The notes beneath the pieces are model-generated. The model did no database searches. It was not told where the DNA came from and saw nothing but the letters and a program-made list of their open reading frames with translations. From assembly GCA_965203265.1 (NCBI GenBank), contig CBDBBV010000002.1, forward strand, positions 2,072,207 to 2,136,206: a stretch of 64,000 nt of DNA, read 5' to 3'. The position numbers and the translations under genes were made by a program. Below, piece after piece: positions 1 through 8,726 of this stretch. Within the stretch, counting starts at the first letter, position 1. Each line of letters opens with the position of its first letter. The DNA is from Candidatus Poriferihabitaceae bacterium. GTDB lineage: Bacteria; Pseudomonadota; Gammaproteobacteria; Arenicellales; Poriferihabitantaceae.

Positions 1-1164
1 GGTGGATACCCGATAAATCGCCCGCAACTGGGGCTTGAACAAGCCGAGATCGTGCAGACACAGGCGAATCGCGCGCCGCCCGAGAGCCGGATTGATGGCA
101 ACCGCATCGCTCGCTCGGCCGCCGTCCACCTGCTTGTCCGCGCCCAAATCCAGCGTGCGGAAGGTAACCGGCTGTTCGGTGCGCCCGACCACATCGGCGT
201 ACACCGCGAACTGCTCCTCCTCGTCGGGTAGTTGCTGGCGATTCATGAACAGGAATTCGGTGCGATACAGGCCGACGCCCTGCGCGTTCTGGGAAATGCC
301 CTCGGCGATTTCCTCCGGCAGCTCGATGTTCACGAACAGCGAAACCGCTTCGCCGTCCAGCGTGATCGCCTCGGCGTCGCGCAGGGCATCCAGCTCCTGT
401 ATGCGCCGCAGTATCTTTTCCCGGCGGCGTTCATACCCGGCCAGCGCCGCCGCATCCGGATCCACCAGCACCACGCCGCGCTTGCCGTCGATCACCAGCA
501 AGTCGCCGTTTTGCACATAGCGAATGGCGTCGCGCAAACCGACCACCGCCGGAATTCCCATGCTGCGGGCGAGGATCGCGGTGTGGGAGATGGGCCCGCC
601 CAGATTGGTGATGAAGGCGCTGATGCGGTGGCGCTTCAATTCGACCGCGTCGGCCGGAGTGAGATCGTTGGCGACGATGATTTCGCCGGCAAAAGTCCCC
701 GCGGGTTGATCGCTCAACTCGCCGGGCGCCTCCAGCAACTCCCCCTGCACGCGCGCCACCACCTGCGCCACATCCACCGACTTGTCGCTGAGATAGGGAT
801 CGTCGATGTCCTTGAAGAATTGATCCAAATTGGCGGCGTGGCGATCGAGGGCGGCTTCGGCGTTGATTTTCCGTTGGCGAATGGTACCGGCCGGCTGTTC
901 GTGCAAAACCGGATCGCGCAGCATCATCAGATGGGCGCCGAGAAAAGCGGCGATTTCCTCCGGCGCGTCCGCGGGCAATTCATCGCGAATTTTCTGCAGA
1001 GACGCCGTGGCGCGCGCCACCGCCCGCCGCAGGCGATCGATCTCGTCCTCGACTCGCTCCGCCTCGATGGAGAATTCGGGGATTCCCCGGCCGGCCGAGC
1101 GAATGACGCGCGCCGTGCCGATGGCGATGCCGCTGCCGATTCCGCTGGCGTGCAGGGTGAACAT
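1..1164 (-). CDS. ptsI: PEP-protein phosphotransferase, PTS enzyme I (runs off window start)
   Basis: ATG at 1164; MFTLHASGIGSGIAIG; GPISHTAILAR phospho-His motif; directly follows HPr. Confidence 0.9.
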   Translation of the reverse strand, partial: MFTLHASGIGSGIAIGTARVIRSAGRGIPEFSIEAERVEDEIDRLRRAVARATASLQKIRDELPADAPEEIAAFLGAHLMMLRDPVLHEQPAGTIRQRKINAEAALDRHAANLDQFFKDIDDPYLSDKSVDVAQVVARVQGELLEAPGELSDQPAGTFAGEIIVANDLTPADAVELKRHRISAFITNLGGPISHTAILARSMGIPAVVGLRDAIRYVQNGDLLVIDGKRGVVLVDPDAAALAGYERRREKILRRIQELDALRDAEAITLDGEAVSLFVNIELPEEIAEGISQNAQGVGLYRTEFLFMNRQQLPDEEEQFAVYADVVGRTEQPVTFRTLDLGADKQVDGGRASDAVAINPALGRRAIRLCLHDLGLFKPQLRAIYRVST

Positions 1165-1169
1165 GGCGC

Positions 1170-1442
1170 CTACTCGCCCTCGCCGAAGCAGTCGGCGAAC
1201 AGCCGGCAAACCGCCTCGGCGGCGCTTTCGGCATCTTCCCCCTGCACCATCAGGGTAAGCTCGCTGCCCTGCGTGGCCGCCAGCATCATCACGCCCATGA
1301 TGCTCTTCGCGTCCACCGCCGTTTCCGCGCGGGTCAGGCGGATGGCGCTTTGGTATCCACCGGCCAACTTCACCAGTTTGGCTGCCGCTCGGGCGTGCAG
1401 GCCGAGTTTGTTGACCACCGTGATGCGCCGTTCGAGGATCAT
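1170..1442 (-). CDS. ptsH: HPr/NPr phosphocarrier protein
   Basis: NKLGLHARAAAKLV and DAKSIMGVMMLAA motifs; 90 aa. Confidence 0.92.
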   Translation of the reverse strand: MILERRITVVNKLGLHARAAAKLVKLAGGYQSAIRLTRAETAVDAKSIMGVMMLAATQGSELTLMVQGEDAESAAEAVCRLFADCFGEGE

Positions 1443-2287
1443 TTCGCCAGCTGCCGGTGGCGCACCTGTACGGCGATGCCGTGGTCGGCAAAGCGTTGCC
1501 GCAGTCGCTCGGCGACATGCACCGAGCGATGGCGGCCGCCGGTGCAGCCGATGGCCACGGTGAAATAACTGCGGTTTTCGGCGGCGAAGCCCGGCAACCA
1601 CTTTTGCAGAAAACCGTGTATTTCGTCGATCATCCGGCGCACCGGATCGCGTTCGCTCAGATAATCGGCCACCGCCTGATCGAGGCCGGTCAGGTCGCGT
1701 AGCCGCGCCTCCCAATGGGGGTTGGGCAGGCAGCGCACATCGAAGACGAAATCGGCTTCTCGCGGGGAGCCGAATTTGAAGCCGAACGACTCGATCAGAA
1801 ACAGCGGCCCGGTGGCCGCGCCGAGCGTGGCGAAATCCCGAATCAGCCCGCGCAGCTCGTGCGCGGTGGTGTCGGTGGTGTCGATGATCTTCTCGGCGCG
1901 CTCGCGCAACGGCTGCAGCAACGCGCGCTCCTGCCGGATTCCCTCGACCAGCGGCGTGTGCAGGTCGGTCAGCGGGTGCTTGCGGCGAGTGTTGCCGTAG
2001 CGGCGAATCAGCATGTACTCCTCGGCTTGCAGGAAGAGGATGCGGTAGGGGTTTTCGCGTTGCTCCAGTTCCTGCAATTTTTCGTCGAGGCGCAACAGGA
2101 AATGCTGATTGCGCGAGTCGATGCCGACCGCCGCGCCGCGCGCAATTTCCGTCGCCCCCCTCAGACAACCGGCAAATTCGGGCAACAGCACCGACGGCAG
2201 ATTGTCCATGCAGTAATAGCCGATGTCCTCGAGAGACTGCAACGCCACGCTCTTGCCGGAGCCGGACAAGCCGCTGATGATCAGCAT
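1439..2287 (-). CDS. rapZ: RNase adapter protein RapZ
   Basis: ISGLSGSGKS P-loop, SFGFKFG, FDVRCLPNPHW, IGCTGGRHRSV. Confidence 0.95.
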   Translation of the reverse strand: MLIISGLSGSGKSVALQSLEDIGYYCMDNLPSVLLPEFAGCLRGATEIARGAAVGIDSRNQHFLLRLDEKLQELEQRENPYRILFLQAEEYMLIRRYGNTRRKHPLTDLHTPLVEGIRQERALLQPLRERAEKIIDTTDTTAHELRGLIRDFATLGAATGPLFLIESFGFKFGSPREADFVFDVRCLPNPHWEARLRDLTGLDQAVADYLSERDPVRRMIDEIHGFLQKWLPGFAAENRSYFTVAIGCTGGRHRSVHVAERLRQRFADHGIAVQVRHRQLAK

Positions 2288-2321
2288 TTGGGGCGAGGTC
2301 GTCACGGGGGGGCGGAAGCGC

Positions 2322-2852
2322 TCAAGTGGATTGCGGTTTTTCCTTGAAATGCGCCGCCAGTTCCGCGGCGCTGCGCGACTGCTTGAGTTGGTCGGGAAAA
2401 CCCGGAGTGTTGAATCGGGCGGCGAGCGCCGCCAGCAGTTGCAGATGAGTTTCGTCGGCCTCCAGCGGCACCAGCAGACACACCGCCAGCCACACCGGCA
2501 TACCGTCCGGAGCGTCGTAATTGACGCCGTGCTTGAGTCGGGCGACCACCAACAGCGGCTCGGCCAAGCCTTCGATCCGGCCGTGCGGCAGGGCGATGCC
2601 GTTGCCGATACCGGTGCAACCGAGTTTCTCGCGCTTGAGCAGGGTGCACAGCACGGTGTCCAAATCGGGGCCGTGGGATGGCTCGGATGCCAGTTTCGCC
2701 ATCTGCTCGAACAGCCGCTTGCGGCTGGATACATCCAGATCGATCACCACCCGCCGATCATCGAGAAAATCGCCGATGGTCACGGCACCGGATTCGCCGC
2801 TGGATTTGCCGCCACCGCGCTCGCCAGTGGGATCAATGGCGGGATGGGTCAT
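2322..2852 (-). CDS. ptsN: PTS IIA-Ntr nitrogen regulatory protein
   Basis: REKLGCTGIGNGIALPHGR; located between hpf and rapZ. Confidence 0.9.
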   Translation of the reverse strand: MTHPAIDPTGERGGGKSSGESGAVTIGDFLDDRRVVIDLDVSSRKRLFEQMAKLASEPSHGPDLDTVLCTLLKREKLGCTGIGNGIALPHGRIEGLAEPLLVVARLKHGVNYDAPDGMPVWLAVCLLVPLEADETHLQLLAALAARFNTPGFPDQLKQSRSAAELAAHFKEKPQST

Positions 2853-3171
2853 CTCGGATTTGTTTCAGGGATTCGTCGCTGCGATGGTGATCGGTCAGCT
2901 TTTCCTTGTGCTTGATCACCTGCCGGTCGAGCTTGCCGGCCATGGTGTCGATGGCGGCGTACATATCGTCCGCCGTGCCGGAGGCGTGTATGGTCGCCCC
3001 CTTGGCGTTGATGGTGGCCTCCGCCATATGGCGGGTTTTCTCCACATGCAGCACCACATTGGTATTGGTCACATAGTCGAAATGGCGCGCGATTTTTTCC
3101 ACCTTCTCCGCCACGTGGTCGTGCAGCGCCTGCGTGATTTCCATCTGTTGTCCGCTGATTGATATTTGCAT
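2833..3171 (-). CDS. hpf: Ribosome hibernation promoting factor HPF/RaiA
   Basis: MQISISGQQMEITQAL...DMYAAID...KLDRQVIKHKEK. Confidence 0.95.
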   Translation of the reverse strand: MQISISGQQMEITQALHDHVAEKVEKIARHFDYVTNTNVVLHVEKTRHMAEATINAKGATIHASGTADDMYAAIDTMAGKLDRQVIKHKEKLTDHHRSDESLKQIRDDPSRH

Positions 3172-3335
3172 GGTATGCCCTCCGAATTGTTGGTTGAACG
3201 ATCTTCGGGAAATCGAACGCGGGCGGCGCCGAGCGCGCCTGTGCCGATTCCACTCACCTCGGCTAGCGACAATGAGTCATTGTTGCGCACCAGTGGTCTG
3301 TCTCGCCCCATTGTAACGAAAGCGCGGCGGGATTG

Positions 3336-3395
3336 CGTGCGATGCCAATACATTCCGGACTTGGGGTGATGTACGAAGATGAACCGCACGGGGGA
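3336..3395 (-). mobile_element. Degenerate right end of the IS481-like element
   Basis: cgatgccaatacattccggact...gcacggggga matches the reverse complement of about 8315-8374. Confidence 0.8.
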
Positions 3396-3448
3396 CAAAA
3401 TCACGCGAGTCGGATAGGTGCGGCCGCATCCGGCATTCGGGTAGCCGC

Positions 3449-4045
3449 CTACCAAAGCAATAACGGCGCTGTCCACAGCCTCAATTCCAGAGCGGCCACT
3501 GCCACAATAAACCACGAAACATGCGCCATATGTGTGCGGTAGACTTTCAAGTCGACCGGTGTCTCGCGCGGTTCTTTGAATCCCGAAAATTTCGGGAAAA
3601 ATCGCGGCACAGCGCAGCAATAGCGGCTATGGGTATCGCCATGTTGTCGGGCAAGTTTGGCTTCTTCGGTCTTGATCGTTGCGTGATACACGGGAAACAC
3701 ACAAGCAAAAATCAACAGCGGAATCGTGAACGTTTTCGTGCACATGCCAACGCCAATGGCGCCGAGAAGACTGAGAAAATATAGCGGATTGCGCGACAGG
3801 GAGTACGGCCCTTCGGTCACCAGCGTGCTGGTTTTTTGTCCACCGATATACAACATGCACCACAATCGACCTAATACCGCTGCGGCGACAAGGCAGAGTC
3901 CGATGAAAAACAATAATGAGCCGACGATTTCGAGCGCCCCGGTGTTCCATCGACTATCGGCAAGCAACATGAGCGCCAGCACCCCTGCAAATGCAATTTG
4001 GTGCAATCGGATGCGTAATCGGGTTATGAGTTTGCTTGCGGTCAT
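3449..4045 (-). CDS. Isoprenylcysteine carboxyl methyltransferase / PEMT family membrane protein
   Basis: LVTEGPYSLSRNPLYF, EEAKL..HG..RYC..VPRFFP; hydrophobic; lower GC than neighbours. Confidence 0.8.
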   Translation of the reverse strand: MTASKLITRLRIRLHQIAFAGVLALMLLADSRWNTGALEIVGSLLFFIGLCLVAAAVLGRLWCMLYIGGQKTSTLVTEGPYSLSRNPLYFLSLLGAIGVGMCTKTFTIPLLIFACVFPVYHATIKTEEAKLARQHGDTHSRYCCAVPRFFPKFSGFKEPRETPVDLKVYRTHMAHVSWFIVAVAALELRLWTAPLLLW

Positions 4046-4212
4046 TTCGATTTCGGGGAGCTACTTCTAGCCGGAAAAGACTGTTTTATTTGGCAGGTGG
4101 TCCGATTCGGCGGAAACCATCCGCACGATGCATGCGGGCGAGAGTGAAACACAAAACGTCGAAGGCGTCAACAAAATGTACGATGGTCGGTTGCGCGCTT
4201 GGGGGGGCACGC

Positions 4213-4938
4213 CTACATGCGAAAGTCCTGGCCGAGATAGGCTTCGCGCGCCTTTTCGTCCGCCAGAATCGTCTCCGGCGAGCCGCAGATCAGCACCTTG
4301 CCCAGATGCAGAATGTAGGCGCGGTCGCAGATGCCGAGGGTTTCGCGCACATTGTGGTCGGTGACCAGCACGCCGATGCCGCGCCGCTTGAGCAGCCGGA
4401 TGATGCGCTGAATATCCCGCACCGCGATGGGATCGATGCCGGCGAACGGCTCGTCCAGCAGAACGAACGCCGGCTGCAGCGCCAGCGCCCGGGCGATTTC
4501 CACGCGCCGCTGCTCGCCGCCGGACAGCTGAATGGCGGGTTTGTCGCGCAAATGGTGAATGCCGAATTCCTCCATCAGACTCCGGCTGATTTCGCGCCGC
4601 TCGGCCGCGCCGTGTTTTCCGCTCGCCTCGAGCACGGCGAGGATGTTTTGCCCGGCGGTGAGTTTTCTAAACACCGAATGCTCCTGCGGCAAATAGCCGA
4701 TCCCCTTGCGCGCGCGCCGGTGCATGGGTAGTTGGGTGATGTCCTCGCCGTCGAGGATGATCGCGCCCGCGGTGTGGCGCACCAAGCCGATGATCATGTT
4801 GAAACTGGTGGTCTTGCCGGCGCCGTTTGCGCCCAGCAAGCCGACCACCTCGCCCTCGGACACCGCCAGATCGATGTGATCGACGATAACCGCCCGATCG
4901 TATTTTTTCACCAGTCCCCGAACTTCCAGAGATTTCAT
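4213..4938 (-). CDS. lptB: LPS export ABC transporter ATP-binding protein
   Basis: [42 protein letters not shown]. Confidence 0.96.
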   Translation of the reverse strand: MKSLEVRGLVKKYDRAVIVDHIDLAVSEGEVVGLLGANGAGKTTSFNMIIGLVRHTAGAIILDGEDITQLPMHRRARKGIGYLPQEHSVFRKLTAGQNILAVLEASGKHGAAERREISRSLMEEFGIHHLRDKPAIQLSGGEQRRVEIARALALQPAFVLLDEPFAGIDPIAVRDIQRIIRLLKRRGIGVLVTDHNVRETLGICDRAYILHLGKVLICGSPETILADEKAREAYLGQDFRM

Positions 4939-5468
4939 GGCACCGCCGGCGAGTTGTCCTCGTCCCGACTGGGGGGGATGATCAGGCGCGGTCGCTCGCC
5001 CGCGCCGACTTTAACCTGTTCGACCTTGACCTTGTCGCGCGCGAAGTCGTACACGATCCGCCCGCCCTGAATCCGGTTTCCGCTCATCTCGATGTCGGCG
5101 CGGCCCTCGAGTATCACGATATTCTCCGCCCGCCGCAGAGTGATGACGCCGGCCTGCCCGATCGCATCGCCCGCCTGCTCCTCGGCGCGCTGGCGGAATC
5201 GCCCCGGATTGCCGCGACACACGCCCTCATTCATCTCGCCGTCCGCATCGTGGCGCGTTACCAATTCATCGCAATCGAGGCGCAGGCGGCCCTGACTGAA
5301 TACCACATTGCCCCGGTAAACGCGCACGCCGCTTTGCAGATCCAGCTCGAAATCATCGGCCTCCAGCGTGGTTGGCTGGGCGTCGTCGGAGTCGAGGGCG
5401 TGGGCGGATGAGCCGGGCATGAGTGCCAGCGCCAGCGCCGCCAGTGTGTGGAGCATCTTGCGAGCCAT
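4935..5468 (-). CDS. lptA: LPS transport periplasmic protein LptA
   Basis: Signal peptide, [19 protein letters not shown] OstA-like domain; synteny. Confidence 0.88.
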   Translation of the reverse strand: MARKMLHTLAALALALMPGSSAHALDSDDAQPTTLEADDFELDLQSGVRVYRGNVVFSQGRLRLDCDELVTRHDADGEMNEGVCRGNPGRFRQRAEEQAGDAIGQAGVITLRRAENIVILEGRADIEMSGNRIQGGRIVYDFARDKVKVEQVKVGAGERPRLIIPPSRDEDNSPAVP

Positions 5469-5470
5469 GC

Positions 5471-5938
5471 TCAGCCGCCGTCTCCGGACCTGGCTCCGGC
5501 CCCCGCCCCCTTGAGGCGGATGCGCATGGTGTTTGTGGTGGCGCGCGCGCCGCCGACTTCGATTACCCGGACATTGCCGGACAGCAACAGTTGCGCGCCG
5601 TCGTCGCCCAGCCAGCCGGAGTCCGCGTGGATGTGGCGAGGCGCGCGGGGCGGGTGGTATTGGATGAGGTGCGGGCGTTGCAGCAGGGCGCGCTCGTCGC
5701 CGGGATAATGCAGCAAACGCGCGGCGCTGAGTCGGTACTTTTTGCCGCGCCGATCCATGCCGGTGGAGACGAAGTTTTCGATGTAGTAATCCACGCCTTC
5801 GTTCTCACCCCCGACGGCAGGCGCCGCGCCGTCGGCGGGCGCGAGCAACCCGAATCGGAGCCACGCCGAAATCCCGATGAGCAGCGCGAACAACGCCGCC
5901 ACGACTAGGTATTGCCGAAGTCCCATCCCCATCCCCAT
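5471..5938 (-). CDS. lptC: LPS export periplasmic protein LptC
   Basis: N-terminal TM, DYYIENF...L.HYP.D; synteny; start uncertain (5926/5932/5938). Confidence 0.82.
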   Translation of the reverse strand: MGMGMGLRQYLVVAALFALLIGISAWLRFGLLAPADGAAPAVGGENEGVDYYIENFVSTGMDRRGKKYRLSAARLLHYPGDERALLQRPHLIQYHPPRAPRHIHADSGWLGDDGAQLLLSGNVRVIEVGGARATTNTMRIRLKGAGAGARSGDGG

Positions 5939-5954
5939 TGGCTCGGGCGCGATT

Positions 5955-6944
5955 TCAGATGACGCCGACACGCAGCAGGTCGTGGGTATTGAGCGCCCCC
6001 ACCACGCGCCCGTCGTCGTCCACCACGAACACGCCGTTGAGCGCATGGGGGCCGCGCTGGGCGAATTCCCGCATGGTGGTGACGATCTCTTGCGCCAGCA
6101 TATCGGGCTTGATGGTGAACGGATTCGGCGTCATCAGTTCGACCGCATTGCTGTTGTAGATATCCACTTCCCGATTGAGCGAGCGGCGCAGGTCGCCGTC
6201 GGTGAACATGCCGAGCAGCCGGTTGTCGTCGTCCACCACGCCGGCCATGCCGAGGGATTTCGACGACATCTCCAACACCAGCTGGCGCAGGGTGGCGCGG
6301 TCGTCCACCAGCGGCAATTGCTCGCCGGTGTGCATCAAGTCCGAGGCGTACAACAACAGCCGCTTCCCCAACACGCCGCCCGGATGGGTGCGGGCGAAAT
6401 CCTCCGCCGAGAACCCTCTCAAATGTTGCACCACCACCGCCAGCGCATCCCCCATCACCAGAGTCGCCGTGGTGCTCGCCGTGGGGGCGAGGTTGTGCGG
6501 GCAGGCTTCTTTCTCGACGCTGGTGTCGAGGCAGGCGTCGGATTGCCGCGCCAGAGAGGAGGCGGGGTTGCCGCTCATGGTGACCAGGCCGCTGCCGATT
6601 CGCTTGACGATGGGGAGAATGGTAACCACCTCCGAGGTTTCCCCCGAATTGGAGATGATCAGCACCACATCGTTGGGCGTGATCATGCCGAGGTCTCCGT
6701 GGCTCGCCTCGCCGGGGTGGACGAAGAAGGACGGGGTACCGGTGCTGGCCAGAGTGGAAGCGATCTTGCCGCCGATATGGCCGGATTTCCCCATGCCGAT
6801 CACCACCACCCGGCCACGGCAATTCAGCAGCATTTCACACGCCATGGCGAAATTCGAATCGATCCGCCCGCCGAGCGCGGCAACCGCCTCCGCTTCGAGT
6901 TGAATGACCGAGCGCGCATGGGATAGGGCGCTTTGTTTTTCCAT
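5955..6944 (-). CDS. kdsD: Arabinose-5-phosphate isomerase KdsD/GutQ (SIS + CBS)
   Basis: GMGKSGHIG, HPGEASHGDLG, EACPHNLAPTASTT, CBS pair. Confidence 0.95.
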   Translation of the reverse strand: MEKQSALSHARSVIQLEAEAVAALGGRIDSNFAMACEMLLNCRGRVVVIGMGKSGHIGGKIASTLASTGTPSFFVHPGEASHGDLGMITPNDVVLIISNSGETSEVVTILPIVKRIGSGLVTMSGNPASSLARQSDACLDTSVEKEACPHNLAPTASTTATLVMGDALAVVVQHLRGFSAEDFARTHPGGVLGKRLLLYASDLMHTGEQLPLVDDRATLRQLVLEMSSKSLGMAGVVDDDNRLLGMFTDGDLRRSLNREVDIYNSNAVELMTPNPFTIKPDMLAQEIVTTMREFAQRGPHALNGVFVVDDDGRVVGALNTHDLLRVGVI

Positions 6945-6996
6945 CGCAAGTATCGGATTTGGCCGGCTCGCAAGTATAGCAAAAGCGGCCATCGGT

Positions 6997-7276
6997 AAAT
7001 GCGCCAGTTGCGCCGCGAGTAACCCAATATCGCCGGAGAAGCCCTGCGCATCGCTCCGGCGAACATCACCCGCCACGGCAAACTCAAAGCATACAAACTC
7101 CATAGAAAACATACACTTAGCGTCGCCATCGACCACGCTACCCGCTTTTCCGTAGCCATCTGCCCCGAAAGCGCATCGAGCAAAAACGCCGCCCCCACGC
7201 CGCCCTGCAATTCCGCCAGCCAGTGCGGTTCATCGCGAAAAACCATCCGAAGTCCGGAATGTATTGGCATCGTACA
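6997..7276 (+). mobile_element. Internally deleted IS481-like relic retaining the right end
   Basis: Mosaic of four blocks of the adjacent IS, ending in ...gtattggcatcgtaca. Confidence 0.85.
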
Positions 7277-7281
7277 GGGCC

Positions 7282-8374
7282 TGCATAATGCCAGAAACAT
7301 TCTGGACTTTTGGCTGTCGGAAAAAGGGAAGCCGACATGCTGATTCAGCGTGTCGGCTTCCGCGTGCGCGGGATGTATCATGTTGCTTCTTTGGGAATGA
7401 AGGAGGCACACATGAGCCAGTCGACCGAAGTCAAACTCCGCGCCCTCGAAGTATGGCGCGAACACGACATTCACGCAACTATGACGGCCTTTCAGGTCAG
7501 TCGCAGCACGCTGTATGCGTGGCGCAAGGCGTATCAGCAGGGCGGCGTGGCGGCGCTCACCAATCGCACTACCAAGCCGCTTCGCGTGCGGCGGCGCAAT
7601 TATCCGCGCGCCCTGATTGAGCAAATGCGAAAGTTGCGCCGCGAGTTTCCCAATATCGCCGGAGAAGCCCTGCGCGTGCATCTGGCTAAGTGGTGCGCGG
7701 AAAACAGGATGAAATGCCCAAGCGCTCGCACCCTCGGACGCATCATCGCCGACCAGCCGGATCGACTGCGCATCGCTCCGGCGAATATCACCCGCTACGG
7801 CCGGCTCAAAGCATTCACACGCCAGATAAAACAACGACTTAGCCGCGCCATCCGGCGCACCACCATCCCCGGCCGTTGCGTTGCCTTCGACACCATTGTG
7901 CGGCACATAGATGGCGTGCGGCGATACCTGATCGTTGCCATCGACCACGCCACCCGCTTGTCTGTGGCCATCTGCCCCGAAAGCGCATCGAGTAAAAACG
8001 CCGCCCGATTCGCCGAATTGGTCGAAGCGATGTTTCCGTTTCCCATTGAGAACGTCCTGACCGACAACGGCTCGGAGTTCGCCGGGGCGTTCGACCAGTT
8101 TGCGAAAGAAAGGGGCTGGACGCACGCATACACCTATCCGAGATCGCCTAAAATGAACGCCATCGTGGAACGCTTCAACCGCACCATTCAGGAGGATTTC
8201 GTGGATTACGAGGAAGACCTGCTACTCACCGACCGCGTTGCTTTCAACCAGCGCCTGTTGGATTACCTAGAAAAATACAACACCCGCCGCCCCCACGCCT
8301 CACTGCAATTCCGCTCCCCCGTGCAGTTCCTCGCGGAAAACCATCCGGAGTCCAGAATGTATTGGCATCGTACA
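7282..8374 (+). mobile_element. IS481-like insertion sequence
   Basis: Imperfect TIRs tgcataatgccagaaacattctggact / agtccagaatgtattggcatcgtaca; 5-bp direct repeat gggcc at 7277-7281 and 8375-8379. Confidence 0.88.
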
Positions 8375-8446
8375 GGGCCTTGCCAATCTGCGCAAAATGG
8401 TTATAATCGCCCCCATCAATGCGAAATTGCTCGGCAAATCGCCTGA
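7337..8446 (+). CDS. IS481-like DDE transposase (HTH + integrase core); ORF reads through the right end
   Basis: VSRSTLYAW HTH; AFDT, LTDNGSEF, NAIVERFNRTIQE, YNTRRPHASL. Confidence 0.9.
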   Translation: MLIQRVGFRVRGMYHVASLGMKEAHMSQSTEVKLRALEVWREHDIHATMTAFQVSRSTLYAWRKAYQQGGVAALTNRTTKPLRVRRRNYPRALIEQMRKLRREFPNIAGEALRVHLAKWCAENRMKCPSARTLGRIIADQPDRLRIAPANITRYGRLKAFTRQIKQRLSRAIRRTTIPGRCVAFDTIVRHIDGVRRYLIVAIDHATRLSVAICPESASSKNAARFAELVEAMFPFPIENVLTDNGSEFAGAFDQFAKERGWTHAYTYPRSPKMNAIVERFNRTIQEDFVDYEEDLLLTDRVAFNQRLLDYLEKYNTRRPHASLQFRSPVQFLAENHPESRMYWHRTGPCQSAQNGYNRPHQCEIARQIA

Positions 8447-8585
8447 TCCCGCAACCCACTTTGAGGAATGTGACCATGAAAATCCATAGCCGAATCACCC
8501 GATCCACCGCCACCCACGCCGCCTCGGCCACCACCAACGCCGTTGCGAATGGGAATGCCAACCTGAACATCAGTCCGAACCCAAG

Positions 8586-8610
8586 CCCCCCCCCCCCCCC
8601 CCCCCCCCCC
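8586..8610 (+). repeat. Poly-C tract (25 C), candidate phase-variation site
   Basis: Direct count; lies between an RBS-preceded ATG at 8476 and the adhesin ORF. Confidence 0.9.
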
Positions 8611-8726
8611 TACTAGAATTTGATGCGGCGAGGCAAGATGCTCGCCGAATCTTTTCCCGAAAAATCCATTTCCCAAGCACCGCACGCGATAAATCCCTCC
8701 GGCGATCAGTCAGCCTACCCGCCGCA

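Noticed and set aside
232-1563. 443-aa plus-strand ORF
   Set aside because: Antisense shadow of ptsI/ptsH in GC-rich DNA.
6824-8125. 433-aa minus-strand ORF and the N-terminal extension of kdsD to 7136
   Set aside because: Antisense to the transposase and IS relic; the KdsD-like sequence starts at 6944.
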